From Haliotis cracherodii (taxonomy: Eukaryota): a DNA stretch of 64,000 bases. How positions within the stretch are numbered: position 1 is the stretch's first letter; each line of letters begins with the position of its first letter. The notes under the pieces were generated by a model. That model made no database searches and was not told the DNA's origin. It was given only the letters and a program-made list of their open reading frames with translations. The translations under genes and the position numbers were made by a program. This document shows, in pieces, positions 1 to 11,950 of the stretch. Location of the stretch: contig NW_027266343.1 in the NCBI RefSeq assembly GCF_022045235.1, forward strand, positions 29,326,001-29,390,000. Reading direction: 5' to 3'.

Positions 1-439
1 TTATTAAATCATTATGATTCAATATTTATTGTTGTTTTGTTTTTTCCATTTAGCCGTTTCTCCTTTAGTCACGTTGTTGCATACAATCTCCTTGGTTTGT
101 CAGCCCCTTATACCCGTGTGCTTGTGGGTTTCACTAACTGTTGGCAGTATTTGAGGGCTTTTATGTATGTCAACCGCATTCAGCAGTATTTCAGCTACAG
201 AGAGTCTATTGACTGCAATCGGGGTACAATGACACGCGGTCATCCGAGACACTGACCACCTGGTCCATGGACTAAGTCGCCTCGTTCATTCTCGTACCAA
301 GGAAATGGTTTGACGTTGTTATTTCATGAAAACAGACATTAGCAAGGACAAAGACAATATATTTTAATGACAATCATTTAGAATAGAATATTTTGGGTGC
401 TTACTCGTAATATTTACTCTTTACTTCTACTTTATTACA

Positions 440-745
440 CTTCGTTTTAGAATTCTCAATTTTACCTTTGCCCCCCACCCTGCGCGACTCATTAAAGCTG
501 TCGCCAAGAGAATGGATATATGTTGGACACGCACTCTAAAACTTCAACCAAACACAAATAGATGCTTACACGTTTGTTTTCAATTCTATAACACTTAAGT
601 CACTACTACTAGTACTTTACTCCATTCAGTTTTTCTTTTCTTTGCGACTTCTTTGAAGTTGTTGCCAAGTGCATGTACGTTGTACATGTCACGCATTCTA
701 GCTTCAACGAAACACAAATAAACGCTTACACGTTAGTTTTCAGTG
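440..745. repeat. Two diverged ~175-bp tandem copies inside each unit
   Basis: The pattern gcgact..ttaaag..gt.gccaag...acgca.tcta..cttcaac.aaacacaaata.a.gcttacacgtt.gttttca occurs twice in tandem. It is clearest in unit C (~29279-29580). Confidence 0.75.
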
Positions 746-952
746 AGAAACAACACTAGAGTTAATGGTGAACACGATTTAAACAAATAATATTTTTGAT
801 CGATTACAGTTCAACATGTCGGAGTGTATCTGCACGGCATCGTATTGTCACGTAATTTAAGGGACGCAACTCGTGTTCTCTTGGCAGAATCGTATGTAAA
901 TAAAGGGACGCAACTGCATGCGTCTCATAGTAAGGGAAGCACCTCCCTTGGG

Positions 953-1100
953 TGTGAGTATGGGTTTTCCGCCGGCTTTAGCAATATCACGGCGGGGAGC
1001 ACCAAAAATGGGCTCCACACATTGTTCTCATGTCAGGAATAGAACCCGGGTCTTTGGCGTGACCCTGTTGCCACTAGCCTACTCCACTACGCCCTTCCCC
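953..1100 (-). mobile_element. Degraded tRNA-derived SINE (family 1); empty site for the Harbinger MITE
   Basis: Matches the intact family-1 copies at 2834 and 5424. In units B-E this SINE is split by a MITE at ...acacCAG|; here it reads gcaccaaaaatgggc uninterrupted. Confidence 0.85.
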
Positions 1101-1392
1101 TGGGACTGAGGCCGGAAAACAAAGGCATCTCCAAAGGCAGAAGGAACCTAGATTCGGCATGGTGTGAATGGAAGACGCGCAAACGTTGTTTACAAATATT
1201 TCTTCTCCGACAAAGAAAGAACCAGGCTGGCCAAATTGTCATTGATTTTGCTCCAGAAATATAGCAGGCACAAAACACTACTACTATATATAATTATATT
1301 GGAAGCTTGTTTGGTCGATATGTGGGTAAATAGCTGGAGAAACGTATGACTTTGTGTTTCCTTTATCGTTCTTATCTGCATATACTGGTGCT

Positions 1393-1614
1393 GTGAAGAT
1401 CCGGGATAGAATAGGTCTTCAGCAACCCATGGTTGCCGAAAAAGTCGACTATGCTTGTCGGAAGAGGTGACTAACGTGAAGCAATCATCGATCCCATTTG
1501 CGTGGATCGATGCTCATGATATCAATCACTGGATTGTCTGGTCTAGACTTGATTATTTACAGACCGCCGTTATAGCTGGAATATTGCTGAGTGCGGCGTA
1601 AAACAACAAACCAA
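1393..1614 (+). mobile_element. Non-tRNA SINE-like element (family 3), internally deleted copy
   Basis: Head gtgaagatccggg...ggtcttcagcaacccatg and tail gctggaatattgctgagtgcggcgtaaaacaac. Flanked by long direct repeats tcgttc.tatct.ca....ggtgct. Confidence 0.85.
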
Positions 1615-2757
1615 TCGTTCATATCTACACAGGTGCTACTCCTATCATAATTTCCTGAGAATGTAGTTGAGAGTCTGTTGTATATCCCTGTGTTCATTCC
1701 GGGTGAGACGACGCCACCAACACCTCCTGCTTGGAAGAATTAACAAGGATCAGGTGCATCATACATGGATACAAAGTGTCACTCATGTTATCAACCACTC
1801 AACATGCTCGATTTGTGTACATGCCGTCGTGAAATGGCTGGAATACTGCTGACAACATTCACTCACACACTCACTCACTCTTTGTACAGCTGTTCCATAG
1901 ACCCCCATTGGGATTCTAGGTCATGGGTCCAAGTACCCCTGCTTGAAGGGCCCGAATAATGAGGATCAGGTGGTTTGTATAATTACATTGTGTGACCCCG
2001 CTGATTGTGTGTGATGGACAGACAGACGATGTGGATTGTTCATGCTGTCACTGGATTGTCTGGCCCACGTTCTATGCATACACACTCTTACTGTTGGAAG
2101 CCGTGGAAACCCCAATTCACAGATAGTCGTGCTTTGTGATGTAATCACTATTTCCAGTATAAGTCCATGTATTGCAACCAGTCTGTTAGAGTTATGGATA
2201 AATCTAGACTGAACACGCTGTAAACACTGCCAGAACTATTAAGCAATGTTTAGGGTTGAATTTATATGTTTTTAGGCTTTACATGTTTTTTTAGTTGGTT
2301 TACGAGACCGACTGTCATAAATAACCTGAAATTATTTATCATTTATTCAGGTTTCATCATAAAAATAAATCTCGTTTTGTGAATCAATCAACTATCAATG
2401 ACTATTGCTAGTTGTCATTTCTAACTCCTCTGCCCAACAGTGACTGAACTTACAAGAGTAAATCAAAATATGTTTATGTATGTTCTAACAGTAGAACTAT
2501 TAAGAATATTGTTATTCCCATCAATCTCTGTAAAATCCATGAATCTTTGTTATTTCTGAGAGGTATGAAGCTATGTTGAGTGATGTAAATAATTAATCAT
2601 TATTTATTTGTAAATTGTTGTTTTCCATAATATGAAGTGAGTGTGTAATTTAATCAACTGAACATGGTGTATGTTACAAACAATGCCATGATATCTGTCA
2701 CTGTTACTGAACATTCTGAATGATATGGATATACAATGTATCTGGTTGTTTAGTCAA

Positions 2758-3271
2758 GGACCGCTTCTGTGGTCTAATGGTAGAGTGTCTGCCCGGGGAG
2801 CGTAAGATCAGCGCTTGATCCCATACCAAAAGAGTGAGTGAGTGAGTATGGTTTTACGCCGCTTTTAGCAATATTCCAGCAATATCACGGGACGGGGACG
2901 GGGGGACACCAGAAATGGGCTTCACACATTGTGCCCATGTCGGGAATCGAACCCGGGTCTTGGGCATGACGAGCGAACGCTTTAACCACTAGGCTACCCG
3001 ACCGCCCCCATACCAAAAGATGTTAAAAGATGGTACTTGTTGTTAACCTGCCTGGCATTCAGCATAAGTGGCTAAAAGAAGGCCTGTTCAGCTCGGAGTC
3101 GGTATACGGTGTCTATGTGGGCTATTCATGTTAAGCTGCTGCATACTTTCTCAATGGGCTAGCACTGTAGAATTGGCATTAGTCCGGACTAGTACAAGTA
3201 GCCACACACGCATATTGCTATATTAGTACAATAATCTTGAACGTGATGTTAAACACCATTTCACCTCACCT
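2758..3271 (+). mobile_element. tRNA-derived SINE (family 2, Meta-domain-like core), interrupted by a family-1 SINE
   Basis: tRNA-like head gtggtcta.tggtagagtgtctgcc, core cataccaaaagatgttaaaagatggtacttg and (cacct) tail. Uninterrupted copies at ~32589-32927, 41596-41929 and 50629-50967; deleted in unit B. Confidence 0.75.
2834..3008 (-). mobile_element. tRNA-derived SINE (family 1), young insertion specific to unit A
   Basis: A box TAGCCTAGTGG and B box GGTTCGATTCC on the minus strand, (ACTC)n tail, and a perfect 12-bp TSD cataccaaaaga (2822-2833 and 3009-3020). Confidence 0.93.
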
Positions 3272-4324
3272 TTTAATTAATACATGGGACCATCACTTAT
3301 CCTCACTTCTCAAGTATGTGCCATTGTCTCTCCCCTCACTGGCTTTTTATTTGACAATTCTTACTACTACTAATTGAAAAACAAACAAAGTTGCAATTAA
3401 TAATGTCAAACAGGAGACAAGGTTCTATGTAACTATTGTATCAACTAACTTATTTAATTTGGAGGTTATTTTCTCCAAATTGTCTGGGGCCATTCTCTCT
3501 ATAACCCATGCAGATTGCTGTCCAGAGTTATGCCTCTTAGACATACCAGAAACCTTTAATCATGGGTTTGAATCCCTGTTATCCAGGTAATATTTCTAGG
3601 TTTGTCAGCCCCATACCCATGGGTTTTGCCAAAGTGGCAAATATGTCAGACCTGCATTCTTTCGCTTTCATCCCACATCTCCCACACCGACTGATTCTCA
3701 TCCAAAAGCCCTTACACCACTGGGCCATCCCCCTTGACTAAACAAACCAGTGTTGTATATATAGAGTTTCGTAGTATAATAGAAGAAAGTGTTGATACAA
3801 TCATTGGCATGCTGTTTGTCTCCAGTAAATCAGTGAAAAATTACAAGATGTCATCACACACATATCTTTTTACAGCTGCTGCTTCTTGCCATGTAAAGGT
3901 GTTCTGGGCTAGATTGTGTCTGATGGACAGACGGACAGGGTCGATTGATGTGGATTGTTGTTCATGCAATCACTCACTGGACCATGTAACTAGTGATAAA
4001 AAAACAAGGCCTTGCCTACTATGTTTTTTCGAGTTTTTTCATTGTTATTATTATTAGATCTATATTGTTATTGTTATATTATCAGTTGATCAGATGGTGC
4101 GGTGAATCACTGTGTTGTCTGGCCCAGGTCGCATGTATATATTGTGTGCAATGTTTATATTCGCACATTAATCATATGTTCGATTTGGAGCAGTTAAGGT
4201 CCTGTGTAGGGAACAAGCGTCAGACTTTGAAACTATTTGGTCTCAATTTAGACTGGTTCCTGGATCCTCCGCTTGGTGTCGCTGCTCTTATTCCGCTTTC
4301 CAATCAACTCATGCCACTTCGCCG

Positions 4325-5905
4325 TTGGTGCCCGAACATAACTACTTGCAACCACTTACAGTCAGTGAACCTGCCTCACCTGCTATACGCTCACAGACCT
4401 GCCATGTCTCTGATATACTGTCAACTGATGCCACACATAACTACTGGCAACCACTTACAGTCAGTGAACCAGCCGCACCTGCTATACGCCCACAAACCTG
4501 CCATGTCTCTGACATACCGTCAACTGCTGCCACTTCTCCGTTGGTGCCCTAACATAACTACTCGCAACCACTTACAGTCGTTGAACCAGCCTCACCAGTT
4601 GATTGTTGTTCAATTATGCTTGAGCATAACTACTCAAATCAAAAGAGAACCAAAATCTTATCAAAGAAAAAGATTAAGAGGCAGAAAAAATAATGAGTCA
4701 ATTGTCAGAATTTCTTTCCCACCAATCAAGAAATGTTCTTGCAAGAGTATCTTTGACTCAAATGGTCAAACTCAAGCTTCTCCTTAACACAAGGAACCCA
4801 AGAAATATTGCACGATATTTCATGAACACACCATCGCTAAAAGATGCTTGCATCGATCTGCTTGCTGATTCTGTGCAGGGCACACCTCTTTTGATGACTG
4901 GTAGGAAATACAATGCATCGGTACTGATGAAGAAAGATTTTGAAAGTCTGAAGTCATTAGTCATTGAAGACATTGTTGATGAATTTAGATTAAAATTTCC
5001 TGAACTTTTTCTTATGGTTCAACGTGTCATGCTTCCGAAGTCTAAGCAAAACTCAGCAGAGAACTAACAAGATATACTACCTCGTCTTGCTATGATCTAT
5101 TCAGTCATGCTGTTTACAAGAAATCCTGAACTATCAAGGTTTCAAAGGGTCATTGCTTAATGTCTCCTTGACAACATATGTGATCAAAAAGTGTATGACC
5201 AGATGAACAAGCTTGGTGTAACAGTTTCCTATTGTCGAGCCTTTGAGGTTTTCAAGCAGGTTGGTGGCCATTTCAATGATGTCCTCATTGATGCTGTTCA
5301 TTCTGGAAAGAGAATTCGATTAGTTGGCGACAATCTGAACTTCAGTGTGGATGTCAATCAGGAAAGATATGGGAAGCACAAACACATAGTACATATGTTT
5401 GCCTCAGCAGCTCTTATATCTGAGGGGCGGTCGGGTAGCCTAGTGGTTAAAGCGTTCGCTCTTCACGCCGAAGACCCGGGTTCGATTCCCGACATGGGTA
5501 TAATGTGTGAAGCCCATTTTTGGTGTCCCCTGCCGTGATATTGCTGGAATATTGCTAAAAGCGGCGTAAAACCATATTCACTCAAACTCTTATATCTGAA
5601 CATTACTTTATGTCAAAAAAAGAAATTCCAGAAATACCTCTTGCTCATCTCACAATCAACAATGTCTTACTATCTCAAGCAGAGTATTGTTTGCTTAGAC
5701 ACGGTGTAGTAAGCATTGTGGCACATACACTACGCAAATATCTAACTCATTTAGGATTTGTGAAAGATTCTGTGCCTGTAACCTTAGCTGGGCCTGAGAG
5801 TAATCTTTTCTGTGACAAAACCAGAGTTGTCCCATTGACAGTACTGCCATGATATAATGAGCAATATTACCAGGACACTGTTAAAATCTTGGATTCAATC
5901 TTGGA
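4325..5905 (+). pseudogene. Academ (DUF6589-like) transposase, N-terminal part, disrupted
   Basis: Joined frames read ...LAMIYSVMLFTRNPELSRFQ...MNKLGVTVSY...RLVGDNLNFSVDV...VVPLTVLP/YNEQYYQDTVKILD. Disrupted by in-frame stops, a SINE insertion and 3' truncation. Confidence 0.8.
5424..5586 (+). mobile_element. tRNA-derived SINE (family 1) inserted in the Academ transposase
   Basis: GGGGCGG head with A and B boxes. Perfect 13-bp TSD ctcttatatctga (5411-5423 and 5587-5599); removing the insert restores ALISE-HYFMSKK. Confidence 0.95.
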
Positions 5906-5951
5906 GCTACAGGGTTAAACTACCAGTACTACCTGTGCTGTTTTTACTTAC

Positions 5952-8888
5952 CTCCTGTGTCTGGGGAGAATGGTATTGGGCAATGAAGCATTTAAGAAAA
6001 TCCTTGCTCAGTTTCTTGATTTTCTTGGTGAAGTAGGAGAGATTCTGTAATGGCCCGATGGTGGATGTGCCCACACCATTTCAGAGGAAGGTATATGATA
6101 GTTCTGTCAAAATGTATTCCATCAGTTCTCGAAGTAAGAAGAACTGGATCTAGCGCTGTTTCATATGAAGTTTCCACAGAATGACCACTGCCAGTGGATG
6201 GAGGTCTTACTTTAACTTCTAGATAAATGTTTGGCCTGTAAATTATATTGGAATGTCATTAAAGCGTTGACTAAAGGGAAGATTCAAATTGTTAATGTCA
6301 GATAAATAAAAACTTCATTCCTTAACCCTAAAACTTGTACGTGAAAATGATTTTCAGATAGAAAAACACACAACATTACAATAATTGTTATGAAAACCTA
6401 GCATATCAGAGCTGCACTAACACCTGCGTGAACATACCGTGCAAGGAATGCTCTTAAAAGGAACAATCTTTCTAGAATTTGAAGCTGTGTTACCTACGAT
6501 AAGGATGCAGTTCATTTTCAGAGATTAAAAGGATGCTTGGAAATGTTATTAATAATTATTGCAACTTCTGTGAGAAGAGAGGAGGTACTTATGAATGTTA
6601 TTATTACATAAATACAAAACATTAACTGTAATAATAATCTATATATCATATGATAACCAAATACTTTATCAATATCACTGGTATTCATGTACAACAAAAT
6701 GAATAAATACTCAATTATCGCAACAAGAGATTTCTTTGCCATTTGGCATGGATACTTTCACAGGTTCAGGAAACAGCTGAGATGGGTTATCAATTTGCAA
6801 ATGTTTGTTAATGAGGTTAATGTTCACTGGTTGTATATTTTCAAAATATATTAGGGCCATTTAAATTGGATTGGGTGATATTAATTCTATGATCATATTG
6901 TACTGTTGTCTTGTGCAGTATCAAAGAAAGATATTTCAGTGTTATAACTATTTATTTTTGTAATTGATATCAATCCCAGATGTATTCCGTGGCAAAAACA
7001 TACCTATTCTGTGATAAGAATTTCACCTTCACAATTGTTTTTAGTAACAATGTTGATTGATGATCACTAGTGTAAACATACAGACATAAGCAATAATACA
7101 ATCAGTTTACTTTGAAATAAAATCAGGATATTGAGTTCATGTTACCATTTCTAAAACGAATGCTTAAAAGACTGTAAATTGTTTTAATGTTTCCATTTGT
7201 CTAAACTTGGCATTTAAGAACAATATGTTTTCTAAACATCGGTGATTGGAGAATAAGAAAAGTAAACAATTTTTTCTATGATTTCACTAATAAATGTGAT
7301 TATTAGCACATATTTTAAGAGTTGATTAGATGAATGGTATCTTTTCAAATTTGGGATTTGTCATGTCTTGATTATTTGTAACTAACCTCTGTAATTGTCA
7401 AAGTGCTTTTCTACATGAATTGCCTTAGCTTTTCAAACCATACTGTAGATTGTACATGTTGTAGTGTGTATATTCGGAAATATATTGAAAGATTTCTGTG
7501 TGAAATTGTTGTGGTGTTAATTTTCTTCTTGAGATGACAGTATACTGTACTACTTTGGATTTACTTCACATTTCCAATAGCATTAAGAATGTTAAGAGTA
7601 TTTTTAAATTCATATGTATGTACCGTATGTGTGAAACTATTGAACTACATTGTACATGTAAAACATCATTTTTGTCCAATGGTCAACCATGTGCAGAAAG
7701 TCTTGTAAGTAATGTGGATGCCCTTTAGGTTATAGGCTGCTGTATTGTATGCTATACCACGGACCTATATACAAGTTATACAAGTCTATGGCTATACTTA
7801 ATCTTAGATCTCCATATCTACATCAGTGTTATCAAATGGCTCAATGTACTAAATGTTAGTTGGGATACAATTAAATAGATTTCTTTTGATTAGGGAAATG
7901 TTTCCGAAACATGTCATGTTTTCATAACTTCAGTATCAACAAAGTGTATCGATACCTTGCTGGTGTATACTGTTTTGTTTATAAATTTATTTTGATTGCA
8001 AATAATTGGGGTATTTTCACTAGTCTACAAATAATCTGCTTCAGAGTTACCATCTACCTTGGACGAAGTGGTAATCCACAAGGAAATGTCAGTAGTCCTA
8101 GACTAGAAGATGTATCACTATGCTAATTTCAAACATTGAATAAAACAACTTATATTATGAATTATGCTAGTTAGGGATTCATGTTGTTCTATACTAAGGG
8201 TATGATAATACAAATGGATGGAAGACAGTACATCTGCAGTCAAACTTTGCAACTTCAACATTACATAAATATTTTTATAATATTGTACCAGTATATAGCC
8301 TTCATTCTTGTAAATTACATACACATACAGGTCTATTCAAGACAAAAAAAAAGTTTCAAAAGGTGGTGTAACAACTTAATGACATGGCATTAAAAATTAA
8401 AAAAAACACCATCACCTGTCAGGTGTTTCAGCTACAATTAGAGGATACACCATGCACAAAGCCTCCTGAATTTCATGCTGGGCTTTAATGGTAGCTGTAC
8501 AAGCCAGCATGCGAGTCTGTGGGAGGATTGCACGTAAATCCCCTACTTTGAGAAAGGCGGGTCGAAAGTTAGATTTCCCCCATGATATGACACAATGCGC
8601 CTCATCAACAATAATGTGACTGATCTGAAATTTGAACATGGGGTGAGGATAATGGGACACAGTACACTAAGACATGTTTATTTATAGAAAACATTTAACA
8701 AAATGTGCAATAAAATAACCACTACAACAAGGCGATTTTGGTCTTCTCTTACGACCATATCTAAGTCAAAGAGAATTAAGCCTCCTGACCACGTCAAGGT
8801 ATCGCCCTTTCAGAAGGTTTAAATAGCACTATTTCCCACGCATGAAACATCCATTTAATTTCCACCAATAGCTTGTTTGATGAACAGT

Positions 8889-8928
<40 letters not shown>

Positions 8929-9688
8929 TTTTCATAGAATTCACGAAGACAATATCATGACCATATCGATAGGCTATGCAACACATTTTCTTTATTTCAA
9001 TGTGATTCTTTGCATAATTGCCACGTTTTGGATCATGTTTCAATAATTCATCAAGTGTTCAATCAGCATGTTCAGGTTATATAAGGTACACCCATGTGTC
9101 CATGGTTATATGGAAACACTAACAACATACAACATGCTATAGGAAATCAACCTAGATTTCTGTAGGTGACATTTATCGTAACAATCTCTGCTTTGAGTTT
9201 TGAGCTGACTTCTAACTTACCTGTGATGCTATGTCTTCTGACATTAGAAATCGTGTAACAGCCACACTACACAGGTGCTCTGGGGGTGACCCAAATTGAA
9301 GTTAACATGGCCACTCTTTACTCGCTTCATTTTCTTCTCCGACTCTGCAGATCCCGAACACCCATTAGATAGATAATCAACATCTTCATGATTAGTTATT
9401 ACACTGCGGCTACCAAGCCGATTGTGCTGCTCTTCGAGAATCGCATTTAGTGGATTCACAACAACTACAGTGCTGGCGAAATCGTTCAAATACGGTAGGC
9501 ACTGTATTACACAGTTTTGCCGTAACCAGTCGGTAGAACACCTAAAACATCCCTTGATTCACATGCCAAAATAGCATCACGTTGTTTAGCCTTTAATTGG
9601 AAAAAAATACAAGAATGGTACCTGTTCGCCCGATCCAAAATATTTGAAATTCTATGTCACTGTTGACAGACGACACATTAGTCGCCAT
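5952..9688 (-). pseudogene. RecQ-like SF2 helicase of AcademH; exons 9688-9221, 8624-8416 and 6235-5952; C-terminus lost
   Basis: Walker A VLPTGYGKT, motif Ia VVVNPLNAILEEQ, DEAH box IIVDEAHCVISWG..FRPAF, ACTAT, PDR|PNIYLEV across a splice junction, and IAQYHS. GT-AG sites present; frameshifts present. Confidence 0.9.
8890..8926. repeat. (AAT)n microsatellite
   Basis: About 12 AAT units in the helicase intron. Confidence 0.95.
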
Positions 9689-9876
9689 CTTGTCTTGACT
9701 ATGTTTCTGTCTATTTAACCAGCAAAAGCGCTAAACCAGTTTACCGTAACGTCAAGGTGAACGCAGGAACGAACGGGAACCAGTCTAGTCTCAATAGACC
9801 ATTCTTAATGAGGCCCTATGAATATTCATATCTCAACCAGAACGAGGCTAACGTAGGCAAAGTCACCTTAAACATA

Positions 9877-11950
9877 ATGGCGGCTAATGCGAAAAATCTG
9901 AACGTGCTTCCTGATTTCACGTTTTCCTTCGTCGAACGCTATATTCATCATCTGTCCGGTAGCTCGGGAAAATCACAGATGTGAAAGGGCTACAAATACT
10001 TTTCTGAAGCTTATATCCACGGCTTGAGGGCTGAGTAATCGCTGTTCTTCACTTGTCTACACAACACGAAAAGTCGTATGACCTAGATATCTCGGCTAAT
10101 GTTTACGATGTTGCTCGGCACTTATTAGGGGAAGCTACTCTAAAGTCATAACATTGAAATATTATCAGGGGACGTCATTCACGTTTACTTATCAGCATGA
10201 ACAAAACAGAATAATCAACTTATTTTGTGTCCAGGTTTCAAATTCTTCAATTCCGATTCGAAATTCTTCAAGCAAGCAGTATATATTGATTGAGTTGGAT
10301 AATCGAGATCATAAGTAAGCATAAGCATATGCTTGATCTAGATAGCTCTACTCCAGTAGATCTTTTGTATTCTTAATGTGATACAATTATTAATTTTGTT
10401 TTTCCTGTTTAAATATTTCAGCCATCTTGCCCATTTTTTTTCAGTGGTTCCTACAGGTGATAATGTTGTTCGTGTAACAGCATCTTGTTACAGATCAAAG
10501 AGGAAAAACGAATCCCCTCATCAACTTGAGGTTTTTATAATATATGGTGTTAAAGTAATGTTAATTTTATTTGAAGACAAGTACCGTACAGGGTTCACTC
10601 TAGGAATTTTCTGACATGAATGTGAAAATTTCAAATATTCCAGAGACACCCACGCTTGCCCATACAGCATGTTAAAATGCCTCATTGTATTTGAAAATGT
10701 GGGCCTTTTTTCAAATTTAGGAACAAGGCCGCAGCCTAGAATTATCCCTGCATATATAATGAACAGGCCTACATTCATACTGTATCAGTTAAAGTTATTT
10801 ATAATACTCATCAGTAATTGTTTGTCACTTTCACCAGGATTATAATTACTTTGTTTCAATTCATGTGACTGTTAATAATGAGATCTATAACTCAGTATTT
10901 TGAAATCAGTTGCTACTGGTTACTGTGGTATAATTTTATTTTTAAATGATTGTGAAAAGGAATGTAGTTAAAACAAGAGTTTGCCACTAACGTGGCTATA
11001 TCCCCCGCCCCTGTTGCAGAATTTATGACATAATGAAATCTAAACAAACCCTAACCTTTTTTAACCGAGGTGGAACTTGTCATGGAAATTGTAAAAAAAG
11101 AAGAGTTTGGAACCTAAGTCCATCGTTTGCCATGGAAACGTAAAAAATTATTTTTTTTCTAAAATTTCTAAATAGCAAAAGGCACCAGTTCAGCATGTAC
11201 CTGGCAGACCTGCAAAGTTTGATGAAAAAATATTGAACGGTTTATTAGTTATGCTCCGGAAACGAACCCTACCCTCACAGAACCTAAGTCCATCTTGTTG
11301 CCATGGAAACGTAAAAAATAAAAATTTATAAAATGCAAAAGGCACCAGTTCAGCATGTACCTGACAGACCTGCAAAGTTTGATGAACAAATATTGAACGG
11401 TTTATGAGTTATGCTCCGGAATCGAACTCTACCCTAACAGAACCTAAGTCCATCTTGTTGCCATGGAAACGTAAAAAATAAAAATTTCTGAATAGAAAAA
11501 AGGCACCAGTTCAGCATGTACCTGACAGACCTGCAACGTTTGATGAAAAAAAATATTTAACGGTTTATTAGTTATGCTCCGGAAACGAAACGTGACGGAC
11601 GGAGCCCGTTTCTATAAATAGTAATACTTATTTCTTTTTTTCCTCCAGATACATTTCGGTTGTCATCTACTTTCTGTGGAGACTGCTGTATGTTCCCGTA
11701 CCATTGGTTAGAGTCTGAGTTGTGGCCACATCACAGGTGTTATGTACCAGATAGCAAACTACAAGTGTCTTGGTGTTACTGCCATTCAAAATGATGTCTG
11801 CAAAACTTCACTTCCCCAAACCTGGCATCTTCCAAGAGGAGAAAAAATTAACGGAGCTCAGTCAGATGATATAGTTGTTCAAGAGTATGACACTGAAAAC
11901 CCTACTCGTGTCACTAAAGGTGTCCATTCTAACCTCTAAAATCCTTTTTG
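9877..11950 (+). pseudogene. SWIM zinc-finger protein resembling the N-terminus of transposon YqaJ/lambda-exonuclease proteins; exons ~9877-10030, 10445-10530 and 11649-11950
   Basis: Motifs KGYKYFSEAYIH, ASCYRSKRKNESPH, CS(R)TIG*SLSCGH (decayed CxC..CxH) and KTSLPQTWHLPRG. Exon phases are compatible; stops are present; the nuclease domain itself is not in the window. Confidence 0.7.
10971..11614. mobile_element. Helentron-associated non-autonomous element (HINE/DINE-like) with three ~160-170 bp internal repeats
   Basis: AACAAGAG start, cores beginning gaacctaagtccatc at 11110, 11280 and 11440, and gacggacgg near the end. Lies in an intron of the SWIM gene. Confidence 0.7.

Larger units (their letters stand above)
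4249..9787. mobile_element. AcademH-type DNA transposon, internally deleted
   Basis: Perfect 12-bp TIR TAGACTGGTTCC (4249-4260, reverse complement 9776-9787). 9-bp TSD gtctcaatt/gtctcaata (4240-4248 and 9788-9796). Contains convergent transposase and RecQ-like helicase genes. Confidence 0.88.

Noticed and set aside
3993-4787. Longest ORF in the track (264 aa)
   Set aside because: It crosses the AcademH left TIR at 4249, reads the internal repeat in a different frame from the EHNY frame, and has no recognisable domain.
5424-5500. tRNA gene
   Set aside because: The tRNA-like head runs into a SINE body and tail and is flanked by a TSD; the same applies to the other tRNA-like heads.
5952-9688. 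Host RecQ-family gene (WRN/BLM)
   Set aside because: It lies within transposon TIRs next to a transposase, is frameshifted and truncated, and lacks host-specific domains.
10126-10355. Small MITE with AGGGGA(A)GCTACTCTAA end (similar motif at ~21185-21200)
   Set aside because: The partner TIR is too degenerate and no TSD could be established.
11110-11590. CRISPR-like array
   Set aside because: These are contiguous 160-170 bp tandem units without unique spacers, in eukaryotic DNA with no cas genes.
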